DNA of 63,572 bases, counting the filler, from Albugo candida (Eukaryota), in NCBI GenBank assembly GCA_040437565.1. It is 3 parts of 3 records of this genome, joined end to end, with 100 filler letters (N's around TTAATTAATTAA, not from the genome) between each part and the next. Parts side by side here need not be neighbours in the genome. Positions count along the whole stretch, not along the records: positions 22,310 to 44,307 come from JBDOQK010000103.1; 2 more parts are not named here. One strand, written 5' to 3'. Below, one piece after another: positions 25,847-39,549 of the stretch. A program made the translations under genes and the position numbers. Under the pieces are notes generated by a model. It was not told where the DNA came from, searched no databases, and saw nothing but the letters and a program-made list of their open reading frames with translations. Position 1 is the first letter of the stretch; the number at the start of each line of letters is the position of its first letter.

Positions 25847-26680
25847 ATGCGGATTGCACAGAACTACGTTTGGTTGTATTGGACATTACAGTGTTCGAAT
25901 GCATTCGATATCCCTCTCTCCCTCCAACCTGTGAAAGGTGACGCAGCATCGCGTAAGGTAATGGTGCCATGGAACACAAAGAGGACTGTGATTACTAACG
26001 ACCAATACTTTCTCACATTGGGGGGACACGACGCTATGTACTTTCAAAAACTAGCCAGCGGGACAAAGATAAGAGAAATCTACGTCTACAAATCGTTCAA
26101 TCCGGTCAGTCTTGCGAAAGCATTGAACGTTAAAGAATCTAGAGTTGTCATTATCAAGTGGCACAAAGCACAAATCCAGCCAATAATGCAAATCACTACA
26201 CAGAAAAACGTGCCGAAGAACAAATACATTAACTTTTTTGACGTCGAGAAGCGCACGAAATACGTCGGTCCAATTAATGTCGACGTCGTGGTAGACCGTG
26301 TCAGTAATCACAACGCAAATCGAGAAGGAGTCGTCTATTTCTACTTTTCACATGTTCACAGCCATTTCCCGGAATGGGCATATGACAGGTTTATGGATGC
26401 TTTTGAGGAAGCTGGTGGAGACCGATCAATCGAATCAATTGACTGTGATCAGATCGCCAAATTGAAGCTTCCGAGATTCCTGTTCGAACTGGACGATGTA
26501 TATTTCTTTGAACTGTCAAAAGCAAATTATTTTATGCGGAATAGCGACGATAAGTGCTATTTGGCGGTTCGACTCAGTCAAAGTGGGCAATGGATCATTG
26601 GCGCTGCTCTCACCAAAACTCACAAGGCCGTGTTTCTAAAATCTTCCGGCTCAAAAGTATTCCAGATTGGTTTCATTTAA
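25847..26680 (+). CDS. Secreted pepsin-like (A1 aspartic protease fold) protein lacking catalytic DTG motifs
   Basis: Intact 277-aa ORF with an N-terminal signal-peptide-like segment; the C-terminus IDC...LPRFLF...FELS..NY...CYLAV...WIIGAAL...AVF matches the pepsin C-lobe pattern. Confidence 0.75.
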   Translation: MRIAQNYVWLYWTLQCSNAFDIPLSLQPVKGDAASRKVMVPWNTKRTVITNDQYFLTLGGHDAMYFQKLASGTKIREIYVYKSFNPVSLAKALNVKESRVVIIKWHKAQIQPIMQITTQKNVPKNKYINFFDVEKRTKYVGPINVDVVVDRVSNHNANREGVVYFYFSHVHSHFPEWAYDRFMDAFEEAGGDRSIESIDCDQIAKLKLPRFLFELDDVYFFELSKANYFMRNSDDKCYLAVRLSQSGQWIIGAALTKTHKAVFLKSSGSKVFQIGFI

Positions 26681-28029
26681 CCTCTTGAACCTTCGACTTC
26701 CAATATCCTCTGAATGATCATAAGAATATAAATAAAAATTGATTTTGCTTCTGTCCACAAGAATTCTTTCTACTTGGGCACTCACAGTATGATATAAAAA
26801 TAGTGTACACAAGTCTACAGTCCTGTAATAGAAATTTGGTGACTATAACCTAATACGTGGCTCTTGATCAGATAATGCTGTCGACTGGTTTGCATGTTTC
26901 TGTAACCGATTTAATAATCTATTTAGGATCCATTACCGCATACTTTTCGCAATAATGAAATAGATTATCATAATCCGACTCATTTATCGTAGAAAGAATG
27001 CAGCAGTGCGGTGAAATGAATGCTTCCTTACTGTGCATATCCTTTATATGGCAGAGCTATCATCCAACATTTCTCATAACGTTCGATACTTTTATACTAT
27101 ATCCTACAGCTTGCACTGGCTGCATCTGTTTTCAAACAAGTTTCGGGTACTCTGAGTTTAGTGGATTCATAACTTCAGTGTTTATTTTTTGGAAATGAAG
27201 CGCGTGCAACAGCTTCAATTCGAGAACAATAATCGTCGAGCGGACGAAGTGCATCCTCAGCAAATCTCTTAGGTACTAGTAGGGGTAGCGCACATGTACA
27301 GGGACATGGTTAGCAGTAACCAAAAGCGATAATTAGGTATGATGGACGCAAGACTAGAAAAATAATAGTGAGCGGCTTGACGTTGGCATCAATGTACTTT
27401 CGTTTCGGATTTAATGTAGGACTTATTCAAAATACGCTCGGCATTGCAACCACGAAGCACCAACTAGAGACTTCTAGACACCACGATAAGCTGAACGCAA
27501 GTCGGAATAAAGTGGAGCACTAAAACGACAATGCCATGAAACAAAAGGTTGACTTATCCGTGCCAATTGATACATGCAATTTTTATGAGGATTGAGCTTG
27601 GATCCTGTTGTCAAAGACTTCACATTGAGGCAGTTCAACTAATTAGCTAAATCCTGGAATCAAGTTTCTGTAAAATTGTATAGCCGTCCCGAAGCTACTT
27701 TCTGAAAAACCGAGAAATGGAATTTGATAAAGGAATAAGTGCAGCGACCTCCCCACTAAGTTTGATACCAAGAGTAAACGGACGAGACGACAAAATAAGG
27801 GTACACAACCATATACAAATCGCGTGCAAGCTGGAAGGTGTATAGTGAGACGACTCAAGAAAGAGGTATAAAAATATCATGAACAGGCAGCAGAAGATTT
27901 TTGTTGAGCGCAATGAGGTACAGAAAAATGCTAAGAAAATGAGCTAGGAGAAATTCTGACAATCCAATCACGGCTTTGACAAACTTGCATCTTTGTAATT
28001 TTAGCTACTTTCTCGTTACAAGCTTTTCG

Positions 28030-31000
28030 ACCTTTTCAATATCAAATCACTACACAAGCTGTTCCCCTCGAGGGCAGCTCGATAACTGTTAGTGAAACAG
28101 CACGTACTCCGTTGAGTGACACTCGATGTGATAACGAATCACTGGATGCTGAAAACATTGTTTTTTTTGGCGAGGTTCCGAGTCATCAAGGATGTGATTA
28201 CTCCGATGCGCGTTGAGTGGCACGTAAAACCCCACCGAGTACGATTGACCGAGATGGCACCACAATGAATGTCGGTAATGACATTGTTGGCAAAAAGCCA
28301 AGGCATTCAGGGCAATTCTCGGTTGGTGCGCGTGGAGTGACACGTAAAAATTGACTGGATGATGAGCTCGATTTTTGCAACTCTTCATCGGATGTCAGTC
28401 GGGACATTGGCTCTTGTATAGAGCAAAGTAAGGTTGAAGAACATGTTAACCTTGGGAACACAGATGTCCACCTCTATGAGTCATACGGTCTCCGCAAAGA
28501 GATGGCATCGGCGCCAAATGGCGGCTGCGAGACGCAAAGCGTCTCTTATGTCATAAAGTGATACCAGCGAACAGCTGTACACAATTGTGAATGGGGTCAC
28601 TCGTACAGTTGATGGTGAAGTCGGTTTTATGGCTCTCCCTTCGTTGAACGCTCTGTTCAAGCTACACGAAATGTCTCATTATGAGTTCGGAAATGCCTTG
28701 AAGGCTGGTGACTTATCCGAGTTAGTGGTCATTCGACGCGATATTGAGTTGAACTCATCCTCTTTAAATGACGAATACGTTCTTGAGAAAACGAAGTTAG
28801 CACTTAGTGCCCGTAGTGAATCAGCGGTCCTGAAGATCCTATGGATCCGTACTATCCTTTGGCTAAGGAGTTTCAGGACGTGGATATGTCAAAATCCTCC
28901 GTCCGTCTAGCCTCCTGATAGAGGTTTTCGTCATGAAATTGACTTAATTCCGGTAACTAAATACTGCGTTACACGGCAGTAACGTTTGGCCAAGGAACAA
29001 TATGACGTCATTGACGAGTTCTTTCGTGCAAAGATTGCGGCTGGAATTGTGATTGAGAGTAAAACCCTCATTCCACACCAACATTCTGTGTCAGAAAGCC
29101 TAATGGAAAGTGGCGCATTGTCCACGCTAATGGTAAGCTACATGCAGCCACCATTCCGGTTCAGACGCCAATTCCTAGGAAGGATGTGCTTCAGAACGCT
29201 ATGGTCGGGTGTTCCCTGTTCAGTGCGCTTGGCTCAGTCGATGGTTATTACCAATTGCTCATGCGAGCTGGTGACATACCACTAAATGCAGTTATTAACT
29301 TAAGCGGTATGCTCTGGAAGTGGCTTGTCATGCCCCAAGAGCTATCCAATGCGCCAGCTACATTCAATCATCTGGTAACGCAAGTGCTCAGACCTCATCG
29401 AGGCTACACAAAATCATACTTTGATGACATTTTTGTCCATAGACATGCCATGAACGGTCGTTTTAATGTGGAAAATCATGTTGACCATTTACTAGCAGTG
29501 CTCGGGTGCACGAGCACGAACAAGCCGTATGCCAACGAATCAAAATTCATCTCTGATACGGAAGAGATTCCCTTCTTAGGGTGCTTCATCGATAAGCGAG
29601 GCCTTAAAGTGGATCCCGCTAAGGTGAAAGCCATATGCGATTGGACGATTCCTAAGAACCAAAAGAATTGCGTAAGTGGCTTGGCCTCGCCAACTACTTG
29701 CATAAGTACAGCGAGAACCACGCCAATATGGCTGGGAGATTGTTTCAACTCCTTGAAAAGTATGTGGAATGGCTGGACTAGCACACATAACGATGCTTTA
29801 AAGCAGGTAAGGGACTCTCCTTCAGGCCCGGTGTTGGCTTTGCCAGACCCTGAGCGGACATTCAGTGTCGTCTGTGACGCCTCTGACTTTGCCATCGGCT
29901 GTCCTCTAATTCAACTAGATACCGATGGTCATGTGAGCGTTGGTGCGTGTGAATCTCGGTAGCGTAAGGCTGCAGAGAAGAACCACCCACTTCATAACTA
30001 AGAGCTACTTGCAATTAAGTATGCTTTAGTCCAATTCAGAGTTCATCCGCTAGGCTCTAAGCCTTGTGTAATTTACACAGATCATGCATCATTACGCTCT
30101 GCAACTTAGTCGCCTCATCTCTCGCCGAGAATGGCTCGTTGGCTTTCATTCTTTGCCAAATACAACTTCGAGGTGAAGTATAAGCCGGACCAGTGAAATG
30201 CACTGGTTGATGTGTTGTCTCGCAGGCCTGATTATGGAAATTTCCATGTAACTACTCTGTCGTATTCAATCACTGACTTTATCCGTGGGTCTTATGCCAA
30301 AGATGAGCAGTGTGTAGCTTTGTACTTTGGAGCGGAGAGTTTACTGACTTAGACATACTATTGCCGGCACAATTACGTGCGAGGCTACATCGATATTCTA
30401 TCGATCAAGCTCTATTGTGCTACTGCACGGATATCGAGGATAGTCCTCGTATCGTTGTCTCTCATGTTGTTTGTGTTTGGCCTACCAAAAGATTCGGATA
30501 GCAATACGGTTATTGTGGTCTTTGTTGACCGATTGAGAAAGATGGCTCATTTAGATCTGTGCCGGGCTCCATCGATGGTGAGGATACAGCTACGCTGTTT
30601 ATCGAGCGAGTGTTCCGTCAACATGGTTTGCCTATGGCAAATATTTCTGATAGAGACCATTGCTTCACTGGGAAGTCTTGGAAGTCCATCTTCAAGGTCC
30701 TTGGCACCTGATTCGGCATGGACACTGCGGATCATCCCCAGACGATGGTCAAACTGAGCGAGTTAATCGCGTTTTCGGTGATACTTACGCAGAATTTGCG
30801 CCGATGCCCCTAAGCGTTGGAGCTCTGTGCTCCCTGTTGTGAAGTTTGCGTTAATAAAACTCTGTTCATGCCTCTACCGGCTATGCTACGTTCTACGTGA
30901 GCGATATCATCTACCCTCGCGTTCCCTTAACGCTCTCACTGCGTGGTTCAAGGCTTGGTGGGGGAGAGATGGCCCATCGGCTTGCTGATGTCAGCTCTTT

Positions 31001-32850
31001 TACTGTTAAGAAACAGGGTATGTGCGTGATGCAATGGATGAGAGCCAAGACAGACAAAAGGAGCAAGCTGATGCTAGAAGCAGAGGTTGTATTGAAAGTC
31101 ATTAGGTCGGAGACCAGGTATTACTCAGTACTAAAAACCTACCTACAAATGTAGCGTCCGCTGTCTTCAAGACAAAGTTGTGACCATGCTTCATTGGAAC
31201 ATACATTCACGGTCATGGCTAAGAAGGGCCTTGCTTACACGCTTAACCTTCCGCGCAAATTGCGCACACACCCAGTGTTTTACGTTGGCCTGCTCAAGAC
31301 ATATCGATATCCGTTGCACGTTGACTTTGAGGCGCTTGCGCCGCGTCTCTTGGCCTTAACCAGATGCTGCATCCGAACAAAGAGGTCAAGCTAAGCATCA
31401 ATACGAGTTTGGACATACTCCATTTCCTGAAGGTGAGTCTGTACCGCGTTAAGCGTACGCTGGGTCTGAACCAAAGTCTCGAGGAGACACGTCACTTCGT
31501 GATCAGCTACTTTTGTTTCTCCACCGATACACCGACCGCCAACGGCGTTGCTGACGAGCAAGGAAGCTTATAGTTCCATGTTGAGAAGATTCTTCGCGCG
31601 ACGTCATCATCATCGGCTAAACCAGTATCTGGTGAAGTGGCGAGTTACCCGAAGTCCGACAACTCATGGGAGTACGAGATACCTATATGCCTTGGATGTT
31701 TTTGAACAATGTGGCCAGGGCCATCTCGAGACCATTGGCGCATCCCACCAGTAGTAAAGTGAAGAAGCGGGTAGTACGAGCGAAAACTCGTACGCAATTG
31801 GCCTTCGGCCTTAAGCTTGGCATACTCATACCGAAGCTTTCGTTGGAGACGAATATCGGCCACACTGGAACTTGCTCTTAAAGCCATCATGCTGCTGATT
31901 CGTCGGACTCGACGTACCCATCGGATGAAGCGGTAATCTTCCTTCTCCCTTAATTCGCCTGAGAGAAGGAGTATGGGCACGACCTTAATCGGTGAAACCG
32001 GTGAACCACGTGCTAATCTCTCAAAGTGCGCCCTGGATTGGCTCTGGGTGGTCAAGTACGGCTCCAGGTACCTCTCGCAAAGTACCTGTCGGGATACTAA
32101 GTCTGTGGGCAAAGTAGCTTCGGGGTCGATGGCCCCCCGACAACGTATCGTTAACCGTTTGACGGATACGTTCTTTCATGTCGGGTGTTGTAAACACATA
32201 GTCACGATGACTTTGCACCACTGTGGAGGTCTGCAGAGCGCTCTCTTCTTGCTGAAGAATCAGCTGTTGTTGCTCATCGAGAGGATTAGTGATGCACGTC
32301 GATGGTGCGCTGACATGGTTACGTTGGATTTGGTGCAGGAAGAGGCTTTGCCTTCGGCATGGGTGTGTCGGGCACTTTCCATTCTTCCTCATGGGCGACA
32401 CTGGTATCACTACTATATAGTCCACCTCCTGATCTGGATCTATAGCTCGCCGTAAGAGCAAAGAGCCTTAGGCTCGTAGAATGGTGATACCATGGTGACT
32501 GATGCTTTGTACATTCGTGAGGTTAAGTGTACGAACCACGACATCTTCGAGGATAATAATTTTGATAGACATCTCGTGGTAACGTCAGTTTGATCGACGG
32601 AGAGTGTAATGGGGTTACACGTCGGTGAGTAACCGTTCTGACAGGGTGGTACATATTCGGGACGCTTTCCCATTGATATCGATATCGGAATACCTTCTCA
32701 GTTTGTCGGTGACTGACACGTGTCAGTCAACGGACAAAAGGGTACTAATTTAGGACATTAGTGTCTAGCTTAGGTACGTTTGGGGTAAAGTATCCTTTTG
32801 AAAAAAACAAATAAAGTCAGTTCCCCTTTTGATCTGTTAGAGACACTTGC
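28030..32850 (+). mobile_element. Ty3/Gypsy chromovirus LTR retrotransposon, degenerate
   Basis: HEIDL, VMPQELSNAPATF, YFDDIF, VCDASDFAIG, ADHPQT-DGQTERVNR, HPVFYVGLLK, chromodomain (HVEKIL...QYLVKWR...NSWE) at ~31575-31680; purine tract then TGTAATGGGG at 32605 as probable 3' LTR start; outer boundaries approximate. Confidence 0.9.
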
Positions 32851-35504
32851 CTTGTTAATATGGCGTCTCAGATCTTTTAAGAGTCAGTCAAGCCTTGTAA
32901 AGGTCTAGCCTTTTGAGAACATTGTGCTGTCGATCAATCGTTAAGTCCCTTGAACTAGGATGAAGCTCTTAAGCTTGTTGACTCGTTGAGTCGTGTTCTC
33001 AAGAACCAAATTGCTCGCTGAGCAGATAGCCTTCCTCTGACAAGGAGATATAGTAGCTCCACCGCACTTTGTGATGTCAAAATCTTCATATATTTATTGC
33101 ATTGATTCGGTGCGTCCTCGTACCGCATGTTTGAGCATTTCTAGAATTGATGTAACAGAACAGAACGACTTTGGCTAAACTATTTCGCTTCTATGCATCA
33201 ATCAAAATTCATATGGAGCTCATCATGGTGGCTTGGACTCGCTTCATCTTGGGAATTGGAGCAATGCCTTCTTGATTCAAGGAATCCCGCGTAAGTCTCG
33301 TTACTATTGTGTTAGATCATCGGGACAAAAGATTTCGAGCTTTGGAATGAAATAAGGTAAAAGCATACGATGATTTTAATCCTCCCGATAAAGATGTCTT
33401 CATCTCGAAATAAAACGAAACTAAAATGAGAGTCTGCCTGTGTGGATTGAGAAAGGCGTAATGCATGGAAAATCCGGTCTTTGTGGCATAAAAACAATAT
33501 CTTTATGCGTTTTATATGTGTTAAGTGTTAGCAAACGTCGTGAGTTCTGCATGCCGATCCAAATTATTTTCAGCTCATTAGATGATAAGCAATTTATGAC
33601 AGTCTTTCATCCGACATATAGGCACCCAATCCAAAGGGGCTACCACGGTGTGGAACTCAGCTTTCACTCCATATGTAGTTATTGGTGGTATGATGATCTT
33701 TCCTTTTAAATGAAGCAACCACAATTTGCAGTACTCTTCGTGGAGCCAAATTTGTATCTTTGCTGGCCGTGTTGAGTATTCTTTATTCCTGATCATCGTC
33801 CATTCACTTAAATGATCGAGCTGATGTTACCGATTTCTGTACACGGCATAGCCGTTGACACTTGCTCTATTAACTTCTCTTGAAACGGCGAATTTCCGTA
33901 GTACATTAAAACTACGGACTGTTATGAATCCTATGAGCCTGACCATTTATCATAACCAAAACGTCATGAACGAAATCCGTATATCCAACGATGCTGCAAA
34001 AAACTCTCGCCGCTGCTGATTATTGGAACAAAGTCGAGGAAACCGCAAACGTTCCATGAAGTATTCAATGTATTAATGTCGCAGTCCCCTGAACCAGCAC
34101 ATTTAAAAAAATATTTTTAAAGCAAGCCACTATTCATGCTAGACGTGGAGCTATATAATCACTAACAAACTACAATGAGGATCATGAGTCATCTCAGAAA
34201 TGGTTCTTTTTTTTAGAGTACACTTTGCAATCTGTAGTGAGACAGAATATTTTATCAGTAGCACTATCGAGATTGTATTTTTACCTTTGAATGAAAGCCA
34301 ATATGTTGTAACTTTCATCCGATCTAACAAAAAGTCATAAATTCGCATTGACGTATCAGTACAGGTTCTAAGCCTTCACCAAGCACTTCATTAATGAGCT
34401 TCTTCTCTGTGATGAAGAATATAGACTACCAAAGGTAGACATGACGACATCAATGATTCTTTGAACTAGAGTATCTAATGATTTTGAGCTGCATAAGTTG
34501 CAACGAAGAAATCAAAGAAGGCGAGTTGAATTGCAGTTTCCTCTATTGCCCCGGTTTTATCAACCGAATTTACGAGATGCATAAATTGTCGGCACGATCT
34601 CCCAATGGTGGATAGAGCCGTTTCTGATAGTTCTATCATTTCATACTTCAACTTGTTTGAATTGAAGCTCATGGAACAAGCCATAGTACTCTATCAGATA
34701 GGAATCTCTTTAAACAAATATGTAGAAGCTAAGTGCAAGTTTATGAATAATACAGTGTCGCAAACAATGTCACTGTAGTTAAGGATGGAAGGTTGACACT
34801 CAAGATAGAATAGATGGATGTATTTTTCAACAAATTATTTGCTCGCTGCTGGAGACCACATCTACTTGATACAGAGACAGCGAGTTATATAACTCCTATG
34901 GTGAATGATCCCGATATTTCGAACCAGGCAAAGGCCGAAGAGGAAAGTAAGTTAACGTAGGGTACTAACGAGAGTTCCGTAAATACCCTATAAGGAGCAA
35001 CTTTTTTGTATGCCATCTTTCTATGCGGTTTCTACACTCAATTATATCTGTACATGTCGTGTCACTCATAAAAATGCCGTTTGCCACGAAAAATCAGCTT
35101 TTGACATTGTTTAGTCTCTTTGTTGCCGTAAATGATGAGAAAAAACGTTTTACAAGTAGGACGTGAAGCAAATGCCAACAAGGCTACGCTATGTACTGAT
35201 CAACATGCTCGTCTATCAGGTTCGTGAAGACTATCTGGTGACACGAATTGATTTTGTATGTAAACTCGTACAAGCTTCTATGAAACGGATTTACTGTAGC
35301 AAATTATCGGAAAGTTCTGATCTCTTCGCCAAGAAACCAGCTTTAAGGAGCTAAATTGAAATAAGCTTTCGGTTCCACGTGTGTATAGAGTTTATTAGAG
35401 TCACAAACAACTACAACACTCACGTACCTCTATACGTTTCACACTACGACTCTCGACATGAACTCATGTGATAGGCTTTTGAAGCTCGGAAGCATTAGTT
35501 CAAT

Positions 35505-36115
35505 TTGGTAAAAAAAGGTATTGATATTTTGACAACTTTTTTTTAAAATTACATTTTTATTTCATTTTAAATTACATNNNNNNNNNNNNNNNNNNNNNNN
35601 NNNNNNNNNNNNNNNNNNNNNNNNNNNNNNNNNNNNNNNNNNNNNNNNNNNNNNNNNNNNNNNNNNNNNNNNNNNNNTAATGACACAGCAATTATTATGT
35701 GCCAACGCCGAAAATAGAATGTATTAGGAAAATTATCTATTTATTAGAGCTTGTCCTGGATCTGAGCTAGCCAAAGTTGCGTTCCTCATAGGTGGCGCGG
35801 TATTGCCAATTTGCATCTACCTGAGGTTATTTTGCATTTATACATTATACATGCAAAGGTCTTATCTCTTTTCCATTTGCTTTTATAGAAAGTAAGAGTA
35901 GAATGTGTCGAATGGAAATTGCCATATATATTAGCCTATCACAGTTGAAATATCAGGCTATTAGCCAATCACAAATAATTCTCGATTGAAGCTGTTGGAG
36001 CAACAATTTAGGGTGTGTATGCATGTAATTAGTTAGCAATGTAAAATTATGTATGTAGTTTTTAAAAAAAAAGAAGTTGTGAGAGTAGTAATTTAACTAG
36101 GCATGCTGTAATACC
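35505..36115. mobile_element. Second, inverted copy of the MITE-like element at 14147-15210
   Basis: 35960-36110 is the reverse complement of ~14240-14390; 35512-35577 resembles the reverse complement of 15076-15135. Confidence 0.75.
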
Positions 36116-38748
36116 CTTTATATCGAGAGCAAAAGTATAGACCAGTCTTTTGATTCAATATAATTACTTCTCATACCAAGAAGTCGCCACCATTGAATAA
36201 TGTACACTAAATTACACAATCTAATTATTTGAAAACTTCAAGAATTCACGAAAACTGCGGTGAAGATAGATTCAACAACCGAGACAATTGGACCATTTTT
36301 TTGTCGGTAACTGCGTTCTTCTTGCTCACGATTGTAAACAATTATGGGCGAGTGCACTGTAGATCAGATCAATAATCTAGGTCACCTTTCATTGTCCTGT
36401 ACGGCAGTGAGACTATCGAGAATTGGATTTATATGCATAAATTATGATAGGAATGAACCTTTCAATTAGTCTTCTCGTAGATCTTGCCTCTATTTGAGAA
36501 AAAGATCTGTACTGATTTAAAGGTTTTTCGTTTTATAAAGAAGCGCACAAAAACCGCGATTTTTGAATACCTTTATATTTCTATGAACAGGCATAGCATA
36601 AGAGTATTCGATCATCCGATTGTTACGATAACGATGCATTGACTGCTATCAGCACTAAACTCAGCTGCAAGTACCCTTTGGAAAGTAGCCAATTCATTTG
36701 CATCAGTACTCATTACAATAGAAGGACAAATTAAACCGAACCACTTTGCTACATCGACAATATCCACAACTTAGTTCACGTAAAGATCGTTCCGATAGAA
36801 AATTCTGTCAAGCAGAACACGTCAATGGCATTCATATCGATAATGAACGATGAATATTTGATTCGAAATCCAGCAACAGGAATCATACCGATCAGCAATT
36901 ATCTCTTTTGACATATATCCTTCGATCGCGTTCCCTCTTTATGTTATCATGAAAATACATTACTAGTAGAGCTTATTTTGCAAATTTGCTGGAAATCAAT
37001 CGTTCCTGTATCAAAGTGAGTAGCCGCCTTAGTTGACAAGACGATACTCATTTTCTGCAATCGGTGCTCGTGGTTTCCAAATATAAACAATATATCCGGA
37101 ATTCTCTCAGCGGCCGCTTTATAAACTCTATCTCCTTTGCCGATAACTCTTTTAAGATATAAAACGCTCCTCATTTGCACACAAAAGCATATTACTTCCA
37201 TAGTAAGCCAGACTTCACTATTCTTGAACAGTATGAGTTCTCAATGTTCAAAATTATATATTTCAAATGAATGCGTCGTACATTCTTTACTGATGCTTAT
37301 CGTACCTTATCCTGGACTTGGGTGGGGATGAGAAACTCTAATATCCCAGGTACCAGACAGCTGACATAAATCAAAAACCGTATGCTCCTTCTTTCTCACC
37401 GATGTGCAAATATAGTGCATTCTCGATACATGTGCTCGTCGTGCTCAATGAAATTGGATCTAGCAAGACATATAGGAGAGGCGCTTATTGCTACACTTTA
37501 GGCTTTGCTAAAATCATTCTAGACGGTGTGATTTGATTGCGCGTTTAACGGTAAAACAACAGCGAGCTACATTAAAGGAGCCATAAAATCCGAAAATGTA
37601 CGAACTTCACAGATGTTTTGGTCTCATCCATACGAAATAAGACTGAGGCAACGGCGTTTGCATATCCGATGTTGATGGACACAGGCTGACGCCAGGGATT
37701 GGGCGCCTCCGATCCTTTCGCAAGTGAAGAGAATACTAAATCACACTATTTTCCTGAAGACACAATAGCGTGATTCGGCTCGTTAAAGGAGGATGAGATT
37801 AGCGTTTCACTCCTAGCCTAGCTGACGACATATAAGTGAGAATTATCGTAAGATTTTGGACTTTACGAGGATAATACATGAAGTCATACTTTTCGGATAT
37901 ATAAAAATCTCTCAAGACACGAGAATTTGGTGACTTGTCTGAACTATGTCTTTCCTTTTCTAAATGACATTACACTCTCAAGACGTTGTTTTATCTCCAT
38001 CGGTAATGATCATCTTGGTTCTATCCTCTATAATAGAAAATCACTGGGCAGGATGACGGCTTTTTGAATAGCAACCTGATGTGTTTTACGCTGGCTCTCG
38101 ACGATAAAGTTCAAGCTTACTCCGCGAGAGAAAGCGCGCCAAACGGAGATACGTTTTGAAAGACTGAACTTGAAGCCATTCTTTGTGATGAGAGAATGTA
38201 TGTGAAAATCAGTTTGCGTCAATTGCATTTATCACGCTAGCTGTTTTTTACTCATTTAGTATCTTGCCTCGTGAATGAATGTGCGTGCAATAATTTCTGC
38301 CACCTATGTTCCTGCAAGCGTTGAGATTGCACTTTTAATGTACGACTCACGCTTGTGCTTTCAATGTAAGCCTTGGTATCTATAGTTATTCATGCAAACG
38401 GCCATGGAGCCTGAATTTCGTCTACACTACTGATATGCAGGTTTTTGATCTCAGTTGAAGGTGTCTATATTACTAGAATTAGACTAACTGACTTCTCTAG
38501 TTGCCTAGGCTATNNNNNNNNNNNNNNNNNNNNNNNNNNNNNNNNNNNNNNNNNNNNNNNNNNNNNNNNNNNNNNNNNNNNNNNNNNNNNNNNNNNNNNN
38601 NNNNNNNNNNNNNGGATAATTGTAGCGAGGTGGAATGCACACGATATCGCTCCGCTTTCAGAGGTTCACTCACGTCAGTGCTAGTGCTAGGCACTTACTC
38701 AGGCTTGCGAAATTGCTTGTTGTCGTACTCACTCAAGTTACAAGCGGA

Positions 38749-39549
38749 TTACGAAAAAGAACGGATGGTTCGAAGATTTTGATTGTCATTCCATTCTCTC
38801 TTTCTTCTCTGGTTGCGAGCAGATGAGAAAGACACGGGTGAAAGATTCGCATTTTCCATTTCATTCCAGGTATACAGCTCCTTGCCGGAGACCACCTCCC
38901 ATGTACATGCAGCAGTCAAGCTTTCCGAAGTCTGCAATGTTAACCGACGGCGCATGAGCGGCATCCATATTCGTTTTCTTGCGTTTGTAAACCAGTTTGT
39001 CAATTGTTTCAAGCCAATGCCTGTTTTCTCAATTAGCATTTCCTTGTCGCTATTTGTCGGATAAGGATGTGCAATATGCTGAGGTGAAAAAAGCCAATCC
39101 TTCAAAATCGCGACAGCCTTTGACGGTAGATCCCGACGTGACCTTTTTATTCTCACATTCGAACTCGAAGAAGCTTTGCTGGATGTCTCCAACGGTAGAG
39201 CGCCTTCTAATGGTCCGCTTGCTTGCTTGAATGTGTCATCCTGATGGGTCGAGGCAGGTACTGGTTCACCTTCCCCAGCAGCAACCTCATTGTTCAGCAA
39301 ATGGCTAATGCTGGATTTTCTGCAATATGAAGATCTCGAACAATAATTTGCTGAATCGGTCGCAATTGCTTGGTGTTCTTGTTCATTCCCTAACAAATCT
39401 TTGGACATTACGGTAATTGGACTCGTTTTCGATGTCTGACTCGTGCTCATATTGGTGTAAACATCAAAGGAATGTGATGATTCAGAATGCATTGCCTCGT
39501 TGTTGCTCAGCGCTGATACTTTGCTCGGGTCGCTGCTGTTTGGAATCAT
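38749..39549 (-). CDS. TALE-class (TGIF/KNOX-like) homeobox transcription factor
   Basis: RRDLPSKAVAILKDWLFSPQHIAHPYPTNSDKEML...KQLTNWFTNARKRIW, showing the PYP loop and WFxNAR; first ATG at 39549; the 3' end may be spliced. Confidence 0.92.
   Translation of the reverse strand: MIPNSSDPSKVSALSNNEAMHSESSHSFDVYTNMSTSQTSKTSPITVMSKDLLGNEQEHQAIATDSANYCSRSSYCRKSSISHLLNNEVAAGEGEPVPASTHQDDTFKQASGPLEGALPLETSSKASSSSNVRIKRSRRDLPSKAVAILKDWLFSPQHIAHPYPTNSDKEMLIEKTGIGLKQLTNWFTNARKRIWMPLMRRRLTLQTSESLTAACTWEVVSGKELYTWNEMENANLSPVSFSSARNQRRKREWNDNQNLRTIRSFS

Noticed and set aside
33300-34700. Short ORFs with a vague IPP..T...PLD (pogo-like) pattern
   Set aside because: Motif spacing is wrong and there is no supporting DDE motif or TIR.
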